Assembly: GCA_038883855.1 (NCBI GenBank)
Contig: JAVZLH010000004.1
Coordinates: forward strand, 1-64,000
Direction of reading: 5' to 3'
Length of the DNA: 64,000 nucleotides
Source of the DNA: Candidatus Bathyarchaeia archaeon
Lineage (GTDB): Archaea; Thermoproteota; Bathyarchaeia; Bathyarchaeales; Bathycorpusculaceae
Positions 1 to 10,225 of the stretch are shown here, piece by piece. The translations under genes and the position numbers were made by a program. Numbering within the stretch: the first letter of the stretch is position 1; each line of letters begins with the position of its first letter. The notes under the pieces were generated by a model that made no database searches, had not been told where the DNA came from, and saw nothing but the letters and a program-made list of their open reading frames with translations.

Positions 1-76
1 TCATCCAGAAGCAAGTCCAGGTCCATATGACACCGAGTTTCTTTTCGACGATTTTATATCGCTTATGAAAGGGTGA
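1..76 (+). CDS. carA: Carbamoyl-phosphate synthase small subunit, C-terminal fragment (truncated by window start)
   Basis: The frame from position 2 reads HPEASPGPYDTEFLFDDFISLMKG* (CarA HPEAxPGP motif) and ends immediately before carB. Confidence 0.9.
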   Translation, partial: HPEASPGPYDTEFLFDDFISLMKG

Positions 77-78
77 AA

Positions 79-3000
79 ATGATGCCGAAGTTTGAATGGG
101 TAAAGAAAGTTCTGGTTCTGGGAAGTGGCGCAATAAAAATTGGCGAAGCCGCAGAGTTTGATTATTCTGGAAGCCAATGTCTTAAGGCGTTAAAAGAAGA
201 GGGGATAGAAACAGTTCTCATCAACCCCAATATAGCTACAATACAGAGTGACCCGCGCTTAGCTGGGAAAGTTTACCTCCTTCCAGTTGAACCACAATAC
301 GTTGAAGAAGTCATCAAAAAAGAGAAGCCTGATACCATACTGCTCGGTTTCGGAGGTCAAACAGCTCTAAACTGCGGTGTTCAGCTGGCAAAGCAAGGCA
401 TACTTGACAAGTATGGAGTTAAAGTTTTGGGAACGCCGATATCGGCTATTGAAGCCACGGAAGATAGAGAACTCTTTAGAAAAGCAATGATTGACGCGGG
501 AATCCCTGTTCTTAGAAGCAAATCTGCAACAACAGTTGAAGAGGCTCTGAAGGCGGCTGAAGAAATAGGTTATCCAGTCATTCTGAGAGTTGCATACACT
601 TTGGGTGGAAGAGGCGCCAGCGTAGCCCATAACCCGAGCAGTTTACGGCGGTTAGCAAGCAAGGCTTTAGCCCAAAGCATGATTTCTCAAGTGTTGGTTG
701 AAGAGTATGTCGGCAAATGGAAGGAAATTGAATACGAGGTTATGAGAGACAGGGCCAACAACTGCATAACTGTCTGCAACATGGAAAACTTTGACCCTAT
801 GGGAGTCCACACAGGAGATTCAATCGTCATAGCGCCTTCTCAGACACTAACAAATAGAGAATATCATCTTCTCCGTTCAGCTTCAATAAAGGTTATCCAA
901 AGTCTCGGCATAGTGGGCGAATGCAACATTCAGTGGGCTTTGCACCCACGCTCTGAAGAGTTCCGCGTCATCGAAGTTAACGCCCGCATGTCCAGAAGCT
1001 CAGCTCTAGCAAGCAAAGCAACTGGATACCCGCTGGCTTATATAGCCGCTAAACTCGCCATAGGATACTTGCTTCCAGAACTCATAAACAAGGTGACAGG
1101 CATCACAACTGTGTGTTTTGAACCAGCATTGGATTATTTGGTTGTTAAAATTCCAAGATGGGACTTCCAGAAGTTCAAGAAGGCGGATAGACGACTTGGA
1201 CCACAAATGAAGTCTGTTGGAGAGGTCATGGCTATTGGCAGATGCTTCGAAGAGGCTTTGCAGAAAGCTGTTAGAATGCTTGATATTGGGAAAGCTGGGC
1301 TAGTAGGCAACGGCGACGACAACAAAACAGAGCCAATTGAGTCGGTAAAGCATGTTTTAGCGGAACCCACCGATGAAAGACTCTTCAAAATCGTCAAAGC
1401 AATAAAAATGGGCATACCGATAGAGGAGATATACAATTTAAGCGGCGTAGACCCGTGGTTCCTACACAAAATAAAGAACATAATTAAAATGGAGAAGAAA
1501 CTAAAGTCCCTAAACTTAGACAGCGAAGAAGCCCCCGAAATTGTAAAAGAAGCCAAACGCTTAGGTTTCTCAGACAAACAAATCGCAGACTGCCTAGGCA
1601 AAGACGAAATGACGATTAGAAATTGGAGAAAGGAAAAGGGAATAGTTCCAGTGGTTAAGCAAATAGACACGTTAGCCGCAGAGTGGCCGGCAAAAACCAA
1701 CTATCTTTACCTAACCTACGGAGGAAGCGAAAACGATGTGGAGTTTAAGCCGCCGGACGGTAAAGTTGTAGTTTTGGGCGCTGGAGTCTTCAGAATAGGT
1801 TCAAGCGTTGAATTTGACTGGTGTGCAGTAAACACGGTTTGGGCGCTTAAAAAACACGGCGTGAATGAAGTTATAGTGGTGAACTATAATCCAGAAACTG
1901 TTTCAACAGACTATGACATATGTGATAAGCTTTACTTTGAAGAACTAACCTTAGAACGTGTTCTCGACATTTATGAAAAAGAAAACCCCATGGGCGTCGT
2001 CGTAAGCGTTGGAGGGCAAATTCCAAACAACATAGCCTTAAAACTTGCAAAGCTCGGAGTTAGACTCTTGGGCACTCCCGCTGAAAGCATAGACCGCGCT
2101 GAAGACCGCTCAAAGTTCAGCCAACTTCTCGAAGAGTTGGGGATACCACAGCCGAAGTGGAGCAAATTGACAACGCTGAACGAAGCGTTAAAGTTTGCTG
2201 ATGAGATAGGCTATCCAGTTCTCGTGAGACCAAGCTACGTTTTATCTGGAGCAGGCATGAAAATCGCATATTCAGAACACGAGCTTAAAGACTATCTTGA
2301 AATAGCCGCCAAAGTATCACCTGAATACCCAGTTGTCATATCAAAAGTTATACAGAACGCGAAAGAAGTTGACGTAGACGGCGTTTCAGACGGCGAAGAA
2401 GTTTTCATAGGCGCCATAATCGAACACATAGAGAATGCAGGAGTCCACAGCGGCGACGCAACTATGTGCATACCACCCCAGACACTTTCAAAAGAAACCA
2501 TAAAAACCCTAGAAGAATACACGCAAAAAATAACCAAGTCCCTCAAAATAAAAGGACCATTCAACATACAATACATAGTCAAAGACGACAAGGTATACGT
2601 TATAGAATGCAATGTAAGAGCGTCAAGGTCCATGCCTTTCGTGAGCAAGACAATCGGCATAAATCTTATGGATTTATCCACAATGGCAATGCTTGATAAA
2701 AAGTTGAAAGAAGCAAAAATACCGCCTCTTTTGGCGGTACAACACGTTGGAGTCAAAGTTCCACAATTCAGTTTCATGCGTCTAAACGGGGCTGACCCAA
2801 TGCTTGGAGTTGAAATGCAAAGCACGGGCGAAGTCGCATGTCTAGGCGAAAACTTCGCTGATGCATTAATAAAGGCTTTGCAGTCAGCCGAATTTAATAT
2901 TCCAAAGAACGGCGGATCCATCCTCATAAGTGTTGAGGACGAGGAAAAGAAGAGGGAAATTATAACTTTAGCTCTTGACCTTCGGCGTATGGGATTCAAG

Positions 3001-3339
3001 ATCTACACAACAGAACCCATAGTTCAAGCCTTAAAGGAGATTGGAATAAACGATGCAATAACATTGCACAATGTGAACGAAATTGACAAAAACCCAAATC
3101 CAATACGATATCTGTCTGAAAGAAAGATAGATTTAGTTATAAATATTCCAGCTAAAAACTCTCATGTATCCCAAGACAATTACATGATTAGGAGAGTGGC
3201 GGTCGACTTCAATGTACCAGTTGTCACAACCATTGAATTGGCTTCATCCCTAGTTAAAGCCTTAGAGTACTTAAGAAAAAGCAAACCGACAATACGCTCG
3301 CTTGAGGAATATTGCCTACCTAAATGTACCCTTTCTTAG
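79..3339 (+). CDS. carB: Carbamoyl-phosphate synthase large subunit
   Basis: GSGAIKIGEAAEFDYSG and a second GAGVFRIGSSVEFDW repeat, two ATP-grasp halves and a C-terminal MGS domain. Start taken at ATG 79. Confidence 0.98.
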   Translation: MMPKFEWVKKVLVLGSGAIKIGEAAEFDYSGSQCLKALKEEGIETVLINPNIATIQSDPRLAGKVYLLPVEPQYVEEVIKKEKPDTILLGFGGQTALNCGVQLAKQGILDKYGVKVLGTPISAIEATEDRELFRKAMIDAGIPVLRSKSATTVEEALKAAEEIGYPVILRVAYTLGGRGASVAHNPSSLRRLASKALAQSMISQVLVEEYVGKWKEIEYEVMRDRANNCITVCNMENFDPMGVHTGDSIVIAPSQTLTNREYHLLRSASIKVIQSLGIVGECNIQWALHPRSEEFRVIEVNARMSRSSALASKATGYPLAYIAAKLAIGYLLPELINKVTGITTVCFEPALDYLVVKIPRWDFQKFKKADRRLGPQMKSVGEVMAIGRCFEEALQKAVRMLDIGKAGLVGNGDDNKTEPIESVKHVLAEPTDERLFKIVKAIKMGIPIEEIYNLSGVDPWFLHKIKNIIKMEKKLKSLNLDSEEAPEIVKEAKRLGFSDKQIADCLGKDEMTIRNWRKEKGIVPVVKQIDTLAAEWPAKTNYLYLTYGGSENDVEFKPPDGKVVVLGAGVFRIGSSVEFDWCAVNTVWALKKHGVNEVIVVNYNPETVSTDYDICDKLYFEELTLERVLDIYEKENPMGVVVSVGGQIPNNIALKLAKLGVRLLGTPAESIDRAEDRSKFSQLLEELGIPQPKWSKLTTLNEALKFADEIGYPVLVRPSYVLSGAGMKIAYSEHELKDYLEIAAKVSPEYPVVISKVIQNAKEVDVDGVSDGEEVFIGAIIEHIENAGVHSGDATMCIPPQTLSKETIKTLEEYTQKITKSLKIKGPFNIQYIVKDDKVYVIECNVRASRSMPFVSKTIGINLMDLSTMAMLDKKLKEAKIPPLLAVQHVGVKVPQFSFMRLNGADPMLGVEMQSTGEVACLGENFADALIKALQSAEFNIPKNGGSILISVEDEEKKREIITLALDLRRMGFKIYTTEPIVQALKEIGINDAITLHNVNEIDKNPNPIRYLSERKIDLVINIPAKNSHVSQDNYMIRRVAVDFNVPVVTTIELASSLVKALEYLRKSKPTIRSLEEYCLPKCTLS

Positions 3340-4372
3340 CAGCCAATTCTGCGCTTAACAGTCCAGCGCCCGCAGCCCCTCTTATGGTGTTGTGCCCTAA
3401 GCAGAGATACTTTATTGTTAGAACAGGATCTTCTCTTATCCTTCCAACAACCACACTCATGCCGTTCCCTTCATTTCTGTCAAAACGGGGCTGAGGTCTA
3501 TCTTTTTCCTCTCTTACTACTATTGGGTTTTTTGGAGCAGAGGGGAGATTAAGCCTCTGCGGTTCACCTTTGAAGTTTCTGAATGCTTCTTTAACTTCCT
3601 CCACTGACGGTTTCTTCTCCAACTCCGCAAAGACGCATTCTAAATGACCGTCCTTGACATCAACTCGACTACAACTTGCACTTAACTGAACTTTTGCCGG
3701 CTGGATTTTGTCGCCGTCCAATTTCCCAAGAATCTTTAGAGTTTCCAGCTCCAGTTTTTCTTCCTCTCCAGAAATGTATGGCACAACATTGTCAATTATG
3801 CTCAGTGAAGGAACCCCTGGAAAACCTGCGCCACTGAGGGCTTGCATTGTTGAGACAATAACCTTTTTTAAGCCAAACTGCATCAGCGGCTTCAAAGTTA
3901 TTGCCAGCTGTATGGTTGAACAGTTGGGGTCGGTTGATAAGAAGCCGCTCCACCCTCTCCTTTTCTTCTGAATTTCAATTAGGGCTAAATGGTCAGGGTT
4001 AACTTCGGGAATTAAAAGGGGCACATCCTCTTCAAGCCTATGAGCACTCGCCTTACTAAACACCGGATATTCTTTGGCAAATTCCTCTTCCACGAGCCCG
4101 GCGACATCTGAGGGTAAGGCGGAGAAAGCGAAATCCACGTTTCCCGCTTCCTTAACAGATTTAAGGTCAGAATGAACTACTTCCATTTCTCCTATTTCGG
4201 CTGGCATGTCCGACTCCAGCACCCAAGTGCAGGCTTCGCGATATTTCTTTCCGGCAGACCTTTCAGAGGCAGCGAGTACCTCAATTTCGAACCATGGGTG
4301 ATTTTGAAGCAGTTGGATGAATCTTTGACCGACAGCCCCTGTTGCTCCAAGGATAGCAACTTTACGCTTCAA
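3320..4372 (-). CDS. asd: Aspartate-semialdehyde dehydrogenase (archaeal type)
   Basis: GATGAVGQRF, PNCST catalytic Cys, QALSGAG, HNTIRGAAG. Confidence 0.97.
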   Translation of the reverse strand: MKRKVAILGATGAVGQRFIQLLQNHPWFEIEVLAASERSAGKKYREACTWVLESDMPAEIGEMEVVHSDLKSVKEAGNVDFAFSALPSDVAGLVEEEFAKEYPVFSKASAHRLEEDVPLLIPEVNPDHLALIEIQKKRRGWSGFLSTDPNCSTIQLAITLKPLMQFGLKKVIVSTMQALSGAGFPGVPSLSIIDNVVPYISGEEEKLELETLKILGKLDGDKIQPAKVQLSASCSRVDVKDGHLECVFAELEKKPSVEEVKEAFRNFKGEPQRLNLPSAPKNPIVVREEKDRPQPRFDRNEGNGMSVVVGRIREDPVLTIKYLCLGHNTIRGAAGAGLLSAELAAKKGYI

Positions 4373-4478
4373 ATTTAAACCCGTCCACTGATGAAGATGG
4401 TCATAGTGTAATTAGGTTTTTCGTTTAAACAATTGTAATTTTTACATTTTTTGCCGAAATTGGTATGAATTCCATTTT

Positions 4479-4889
4479 TCACCAACTGCGCAATATTATC
4501 ATGGTGTTTGTGTTGGCTATTCCATCTATTTTACGGATTCTTTCTATGCACTCGTTGACTTCAGCAATATTCATTGCAGATATTATAATTGCAACATCAT
4601 ATTCGCCCGTAACTTCATAAACATTTTCGACGTTTGGCAGCTTCATCAATTCAGCAGAGATTTGCGATGTTGGAACCGATGGTTTTACTGAAGCTAAGGC
4701 TATGGCTTCGGCGCCCTCCGTGAGCCCCAACTTTATCGTAAACTTCTTTATAACGCCCGCTTTAACAAGATCCTTAATCCTTTTTCTAACAGCACCTTCT
4801 GAAAGCCCAATTTTGTTTCCAATTTCGCTATAAGTTGCTCGGGCATCCTGTTTGAGGATTTGGATTATTTCTTTATCAACTTCATCCAT
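4479..4889 (-). CDS. lysM: Lrp/AsnC family regulator, LysM-like
   Basis: Lrp HTH (LSEGAVRKRI) plus RAM domain (YEVTGEYD...TNTMIILRSW). It closely resembles Sulfolobus LysM as I recall it and is divergent from the lysine genes. Confidence 0.8.
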   Translation of the reverse strand: MDEVDKEIIQILKQDARATYSEIGNKIGLSEGAVRKRIKDLVKAGVIKKFTIKLGLTEGAEAIALASVKPSVPTSQISAELMKLPNVENVYEVTGEYDVAIIISAMNIAEVNECIERIRKIDGIANTNTMIILRSW

Positions 4890-4945
4890 TCGCTTCTTCC
4901 CTTTTTGAATGCTTGTATTAGTTTTAACGCTTCCCTATAAGTTTT

Positions 4946-4960
4946 TTGCGATTTTCGTAA
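4946..4960. promoter_or_regulatory. Candidate Lrp/LysM binding box
   Basis: 15-bp semi-palindrome TTGCGA-TTT-TCGTAA between divergent lysM and dapA, with the CGA-WWW-TCG core typical of archaeal Lrp sites. Confidence 0.6.
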
Positions 4961-5068
4961 AATATATTCAATATTATTATTTAACATACATAGTTTTTTC
5001 CGAAATTCTTATAAACTTGACTGATTTTATAATCAGCAGTCCAAACATATATAGAGAACGGGATTAGA

Positions 5069-6100
5069 ATGTTTAGAGGCTGTTATACCGCCTTAATAAC
5101 TCCAATGTTAAAAAGTCAGGAAGTAGATTTTGAAGGCTTAAAAGCCCTTGTAGATTTCCAAGCATCTCAAGGAGTCAGCGGCATCCTTGCCGTGGGAACA
5201 ACAGGGGAAAGTGCAACCTTAACTTGGAGCGAACATGACTTTGTGATAAAGAAAGTTTATGAGTTCAGCCCTAAAGAACTGCTTACAATAGCTGGAACAG
5301 GGAGCAATTGCCTACGTGAATCCATGGAAAGCACCAAACACGCCTACGATATAGGAATCAGAGCGGTCCTGCTGGTGGACCCATACTACAACGGTCCAAG
5401 CTCGCTTGAAATAAGAAGAGAATACATCGCCCCCATAGCCGAGCGTTTTCCAGAAGTCCAAGTAATACCCTACGTCATTCCTGGAAGAACTGGAACACAG
5501 CTTTTACCCCAAGATTTGGCGATTTTGCATTCTCAATATTCTAACGTAAGAACGGTGAAAGAGGCAACGGGAGACTTGGCGAACATGAGGTTAACGAGGA
5601 AGCTTTGCGGAGATGACTTTGACATATTGTCAGGCGACGATGACAAAACGTTTGACATGATGGTTGACGCTGCAATTAGGGCTTCAGGAGTGATTTCCGT
5701 AGTTTCCAACGTGGCTCCAGCCGCAGTTCAGAAAATGACGAAGATGATTTTGGAAGGAAAAATTGGAGAGGCAAAAATTTTATGTGATAAACTGAAGCCG
5801 CTCTTCCAAATAGTAACCGTGAAAACGGTTGAAGAAACAAAGTTTGGAGAAGTAACAGTCAAAGCCAGAAACCCCCTACCCTACAAGATTTTAATGAATG
5901 TTCTCGGGATGCCCTCTGGACCGTTAAGACCGCCGCTTGGAAAAATGACTAGGAAAGGCTTAAAAGTTGTTTTAGATGCTGCAAGGGAAGTTTACGAGAA
6001 AAGCCCCGAAATCCTAAAGCCAGTTGAGGAATTTTTTGATGTTGACCTTTCACAAAGGCTTTACAACGAAAAGTATTGGGAAGGACTAACGTATGATTAG
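5069..6100 (+). CDS. dapA: 4-hydroxy-tetrahydrodipicolinate synthase
   Basis: GTTGE motif, PYYN, YVIPGRTG, VKEATG Schiff-base Lys. Confidence 0.95.
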   Translation: MFRGCYTALITPMLKSQEVDFEGLKALVDFQASQGVSGILAVGTTGESATLTWSEHDFVIKKVYEFSPKELLTIAGTGSNCLRESMESTKHAYDIGIRAVLLVDPYYNGPSSLEIRREYIAPIAERFPEVQVIPYVIPGRTGTQLLPQDLAILHSQYSNVRTVKEATGDLANMRLTRKLCGDDFDILSGDDDKTFDMMVDAAIRASGVISVVSNVAPAAVQKMTKMILEGKIGEAKILCDKLKPLFQIVTVKTVEETKFGEVTVKARNPLPYKILMNVLGMPSGPLRPPLGKMTRKGLKVVLDAAREVYEKSPEILKPVEEFFDVDLSQRLYNEKYWEGLTYD

Positions 6101-6887
6101 GCTTTGTGTTGCAGGTGCAACTGGAAGGATGGGAAGCACTCTAATTACTGAAGCCCTAAACAAAAAAGGGTTTGAAATAGTTGGAGCCTTAGCCGCCCCA
6201 ACCGACCCAGGAGTTGGCAAAACGCTACGTGGGCTTGGAATAGGCAACTTAGACCTAATGGTTGTGGAGCCTTCAAAGCTTAAAGAGGCTGTTGAAAACG
6301 CAGATGTCTACGTCAGTTTTACCACGCCAGAGGCTGAAATGAGAAATATTCCAGAAGTGGCAAACCTTGGAAAAAGGATTGTTATGGGAACAACGGGATT
6401 CACGGAAGAGCAGATGAGCAAGCTCAAATCTTCAGTTTCTTCGAAGGTGCCGACGGTTTTCGCCCCAAACTTTTCGATAGGTGTAAACTTCACATTAAAA
6501 ATGTTGAAAACCTTAGAGGTTTTGCCAGAGGACTATGAAGTCAGCATAGTTGAGGCGCATCACTCCAAAAAGAAGGATGCCCCAAGCGGGACGGCCTTAG
6601 CCATAGCCAACCTAATCTCAAAACTGAGGGGATACAAGGAAACCGTTTATGGAAGAAGCGGAATAAGCCAAAGAAAACGCGAGGAAATCGAAGTATTAGC
6701 CGTAAGAGGCGGCGGAATCCCAGGAATCCATAATGTTATAATTGCTGGTCCATATGATATGATTTCAATTGAGCATGTCTCATTTTCCAGAAACGCCTTT
6801 GCTCAAGGAGCGCTTTACGCTGTTGAGTGGGTGATGAAGCAGACAAAACCTGGAGTTTACTCGATGGACGATGTTTTGGGCGGATAG
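6093..6887 (+). CDS. dapB: 4-hydroxy-tetrahydrodipicolinate reductase
   Basis: GATGRMG, GTTGF, EAHHSKKKDAPSGTA. Confidence 0.97.
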   Translation: MIRLCVAGATGRMGSTLITEALNKKGFEIVGALAAPTDPGVGKTLRGLGIGNLDLMVVEPSKLKEAVENADVYVSFTTPEAEMRNIPEVANLGKRIVMGTTGFTEEQMSKLKSSVSSKVPTVFAPNFSIGVNFTLKMLKTLEVLPEDYEVSIVEAHHSKKKDAPSGTALAIANLISKLRGYKETVYGRSGISQRKREEIEVLAVRGGGIPGIHNVIIAGPYDMISIEHVSFSRNAFAQGALYAVEWVMKQTKPGVYSMDDVLGG

Positions 6888-6905
6888 GAGGCTACAGTAG
6901 TTAAC

Positions 6906-8081
6906 ATGCCTAAAAGAGTTGTTGTGAAGTTTGGTGGAGCAGAGCTTTCATCTGGAGAAAAGTTCATAAAAGCGGCAAAAATGGTTAAGGAATCCGGCTA
7001 CGAGGAAATTGCGGTCGTCGTTTCCGCCATGACCGGAACCACCGACAACTTTGTAAACTGCATTAAAGAAATTGGGGAAGTTGACGAGGCCGATTACGCT
7101 GATGTTTTGGCCATGGGCGAAAGAACAAGTGTGAGAATTTTCTGCTCTGCCCTAAAATCTTTAGGTGTCAAATCAACTTACTTTGATCCGCAGCATGAAA
7201 ATTGGCCTATAATAACCAATTCCAACTTCAGAAATGCAAAACCTAACATTGCGGAAACAAAAAAGAGAGTCCAGAAATATGTTGAGCCGCTTCTTGGCGA
7301 TTGTATTCCAGTGATATGTGGTTTTGTCGGGAAGGATAAGTATGAGCGTGTAACTACGCTTGGAAGAGGCGGAAGCGACATCACTGCAACTCTTCTGGGC
7401 AACTGTTTAAGAGCGGATGAGGTCATACTTGTGAAGAATACGGAAGGCGTTCTATCAGCAGACCCGAAGATAGCTCCAAACGCGAAGCCTTTAAAGGAAA
7501 TCTCCATTGAAGAAATGTTTTCCCTTGCCCACGGAGGAGCAAAAATAATCCATCCAGCAGCATTAAAGTATAAGCTTCCAGAACAAAAGTTGAAAGTTGT
7601 CTGTTTTTCTGGAAGCCTATGTTCTAATGGAACTGAAATAACTGGAGTTTTCAGCGCAAACCCCATGGAATTGCGAAGTTACAGCGGATTATCAGCTCTC
7701 ACAATGGTTGGAGAAATAACGCCCAGCAACCTCAGCAAGGTCTTTTCAACCCTTAGCGAAGAGGAAATAGTCGGCATAAGCACTGGCAGAAGCTCAATAA
7801 CATTGTTTGCAAAAGTTGAAAACCCGAAAAAGGCAGTTCAGCAAATTTGCAGTCTCGAATGTTTTAAGGCGGTTAGCCTACGCGAGGGGGTGGGCGCAAT
7901 AGAGGCAATAAACCCAGACTTCATAGACTCGCCAGGGTGGGTCGCGAAGATATCGAATGCCCTTGCAGATAAAGGGATAAACATAGTTGAGGTAACCACT
8001 GGTAAAGCCACCATAAACGTGTTCGTTGACGAAAAGGACTTGGAAGAGGCTTTAACAGCCATAAAAAATGCGGTAAAATGA
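6906..8081 (+). CDS. lysC: Aspartokinase (lysine operon copy) with C-terminal ACT domains
   Basis: VVKFGG, VVSAM, TLGRGGSD, ADPK; ACT-like C-terminus. Confidence 0.93.
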   Translation: MPKRVVVKFGGAELSSGEKFIKAAKMVKESGYEEIAVVVSAMTGTTDNFVNCIKEIGEVDEADYADVLAMGERTSVRIFCSALKSLGVKSTYFDPQHENWPIITNSNFRNAKPNIAETKKRVQKYVEPLLGDCIPVICGFVGKDKYERVTTLGRGGSDITATLLGNCLRADEVILVKNTEGVLSADPKIAPNAKPLKEISIEEMFSLAHGGAKIIHPAALKYKLPEQKLKVVCFSGSLCSNGTEITGVFSANPMELRSYSGLSALTMVGEITPSNLSKVFSTLSEEEIVGISTGRSSITLFAKVENPKKAVQQICSLECFKAVSLREGVGAIEAINPDFIDSPGWVAKISNALADKGINIVEVTTGKATINVFVDEKDLEEALTAIKNAVK

Positions 8082-8111
8082 AAAATCAACAAACAACGAA
8101 GGAGACCTATT

Positions 8112-9395
8112 TTGATCAAGAAACCCTTAGAAAACGTTAACGGCGAGCTTTACTTGGACGGTGTTTCAGTCCTAAAACTGGTAGAGGAATTTGGCACGCC
8201 TTTGTATTTGATGAGTGAAAACAAGATAAGGGAAAATTATAGGCGTTTTAATTCTGCTTTTTCCCATCACTATGATAAAATAAGGGTTTTGTATTCTGCA
8301 AAGGCGAACACGAACCTTTCAGTCTTGAAAATTCTAAAAAGCGAAGGCGCATGGGTAGACACTGTGAGCGCGGGTGAAGTTTACCTTGCCCTAGAGGCGG
8401 GGTTCCAGCCAGAACAAATCTTTTACACGGGAATTAACGTTGGAGACGAAGAATTACGCTATGTAGTAGATAAGAAAGTTAAGGTTAACTTGGATTCGCT
8501 ACCTCAAGTTAAGAGACTATTGAAAATTGGAATCCCAACAGCGCTTTCTGTGAGAATTAACACGGAGTTCGGCGCTGGACACCACGCATACGTAGTAACT
8601 GCTGGCAAAACAACAAAATTTGGAGTTCAAGAGGAAACAGCATTAAAAGCCTACGAGTTGGCGAAGAAGACGGGAGTCGAAAGATTTGGAATACACATGC
8701 ATATAGGTTCAGGCATAATGGACGTGAACCCGCATCTTCAAGCAGCGGAAAAACTGCTCAAAACAGCAAAGAGAATCCATGACGAACTTAAAATAAACTT
8801 CGACTTCATAGACTTCGGCGGAGGCTTCGGCGTTCCATACAAGCCAGACGAAAAGGAAATTGACGTACAGTATTTCGCCGAAAAACTAGTAGGCTTATTT
8901 AAAGAGAGAACAAAGGAATATTCGCTTGGAGAACCAGAACTTTGGTTTGAACCAGGCAGATACATGGTTGCCGAAGCTGGAATCCTGCTGACGAGAGTTA
9001 ACGCGGTGAAGCAGACGCCAGAGAAAACGTTTATCGGAGTTGACGCTGGCTTTAACACGCTTATAAGACCAGCCATGTATGGCTCGTATCATCACATACT
9101 GGTTGCAAACAAGCTGGATGCACCTTCAACGGAAAAATATGATGTTGTTGGTCCGATATGCGAGACTGGAGATGTTTTAGCCAAGGAACGTATGTTACCG
9201 TCAATTTCTGAAGGAGACATTCTGGCGATATTAAACGCTGGAGCTTATGGTTTCTCCATGAGTTCCCAGTATAACTCAAGACCCAGACCAGCCGAGGTTC
9301 TGGTGAAAGACGGCATATACGCGCTTATAAGAGAGCGGGAAACTTTTCTGGACTTAGTTAAGGGGCAGAGGATAGCTGAATGGTTAGAAAACTAG
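8112..9395 (+). CDS. lysA: Diaminopimelate decarboxylase
   Basis: YSAKAN PLP Lys, HMHIGS, EPGRY, GPICETGD, YNSRPRPAEV. Confidence 0.97.
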   Translation: MIKKPLENVNGELYLDGVSVLKLVEEFGTPLYLMSENKIRENYRRFNSAFSHHYDKIRVLYSAKANTNLSVLKILKSEGAWVDTVSAGEVYLALEAGFQPEQIFYTGINVGDEELRYVVDKKVKVNLDSLPQVKRLLKIGIPTALSVRINTEFGAGHHAYVVTAGKTTKFGVQEETALKAYELAKKTGVERFGIHMHIGSGIMDVNPHLQAAEKLLKTAKRIHDELKINFDFIDFGGGFGVPYKPDEKEIDVQYFAEKLVGLFKERTKEYSLGEPELWFEPGRYMVAEAGILLTRVNAVKQTPEKTFIGVDAGFNTLIRPAMYGSYHHILVANKLDAPSTEKYDVVGPICETGDVLAKERMLPSISEGDILAILNAGAYGFSMSSQYNSRPRPAEVLVKDGIYALIRERETFLDLVKGQRIAEWLEN

Positions 9396-10225
9396 AGTTT
9401 TGGAAGATGCATGGTCTCGGAAACGACTACATAGTGGTGGATAACCGCGACAACAAGATAAGGGATGAAGAATTGCCAGTTTTAGCTAAAAGGCTTTGCG
9501 AAAGACGGTTCAGCGTCGGCGCAGACGGACTTCTCCTAGCTTGCAAATCCGCGGTTGCCGACGTGAAAATTCGCATTTTCAACCCCGACGGAACAGAAGC
9601 GGAGATGTGCGGAAACGGAATAAGGTGTCTCGTAAAATTTTGCTTCGAAAACAAAATTGCACAGAAGAACCCCATACGTGTGGAAACCCTTGCAGGGATT
9701 AAAGAAACATCATTAAACATTCAAAACGGTGAGGTAAAATCCGTCAGAGTGGACATGGGGAAACCGCAGTTTGAAAGAGAAAAAATACCCATGCTTGGAA
9801 AAGGAACCTTCATCAACCAACCCATAAGCCTTAATGGAAAAGAAGTTAGGGCTACAAGTCTTTCGTTGGGTAACCCTCACTGCGTAATCTTCGTTGGCAA
9901 AGTAGACAGTTACCCAGTAAGCGATGTTGGACCAAAAATAGAGAGACACAAGTTGTTTCCAAACAGAACCAACGTAGAATTTGTTCAAGTCATATCTAAA
10001 AAGGAAATGCGTGTTAGAACTTGGGAACGGGGAGTTGGCGAAACTTTAGCGTGTGGAACTGGAGCATGCGCCAGCGTGGTCGCCGCCAACCTCTTAGGGA
10101 AAATAGGAGAACGGGCAACTGTGCATCTTTTGGGAGGCGACTTAAAAGTTGAATACTTGAATGGCACGGTGTTCATGGATGGACCAGTGGAAAAAGTTTT
10201 TGAAGGATACATAAATCTTGAATGA
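9380..10225 (+). CDS. dapF: Diaminopimelate epimerase
   Basis: KMHGLGND, EMCGNG, GNPH, ERGVGETLACGTG. Confidence 0.98.
   Translation: MVRKLEFWKMHGLGNDYIVVDNRDNKIRDEELPVLAKRLCERRFSVGADGLLLACKSAVADVKIRIFNPDGTEAEMCGNGIRCLVKFCFENKIAQKNPIRVETLAGIKETSLNIQNGEVKSVRVDMGKPQFEREKIPMLGKGTFINQPISLNGKEVRATSLSLGNPHCVIFVGKVDSYPVSDVGPKIERHKLFPNRTNVEFVQVISKKEMRVRTWERGVGETLACGTGACASVVAANLLGKIGERATVHLLGGDLKVEYLNGTVFMDGPVEKVFEGYINLE

Noticed and set aside
4890-5068. Search for a Lys-rich leader before dapA
   Set aside because: No suitable uORF between the TATA (~5008-5015) and the start; control appears to be by the Lrp factor.
8078-8140. ATGA overlap at the lysC stop opening a 20-aa ORF (MKNQQTTKETYFDQETLRKR)
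   Set aside because: It is not Lys-rich, has no stems and is internal to the operon. lysA has its own SD (AGGAG 8100-8104) and TTG start.
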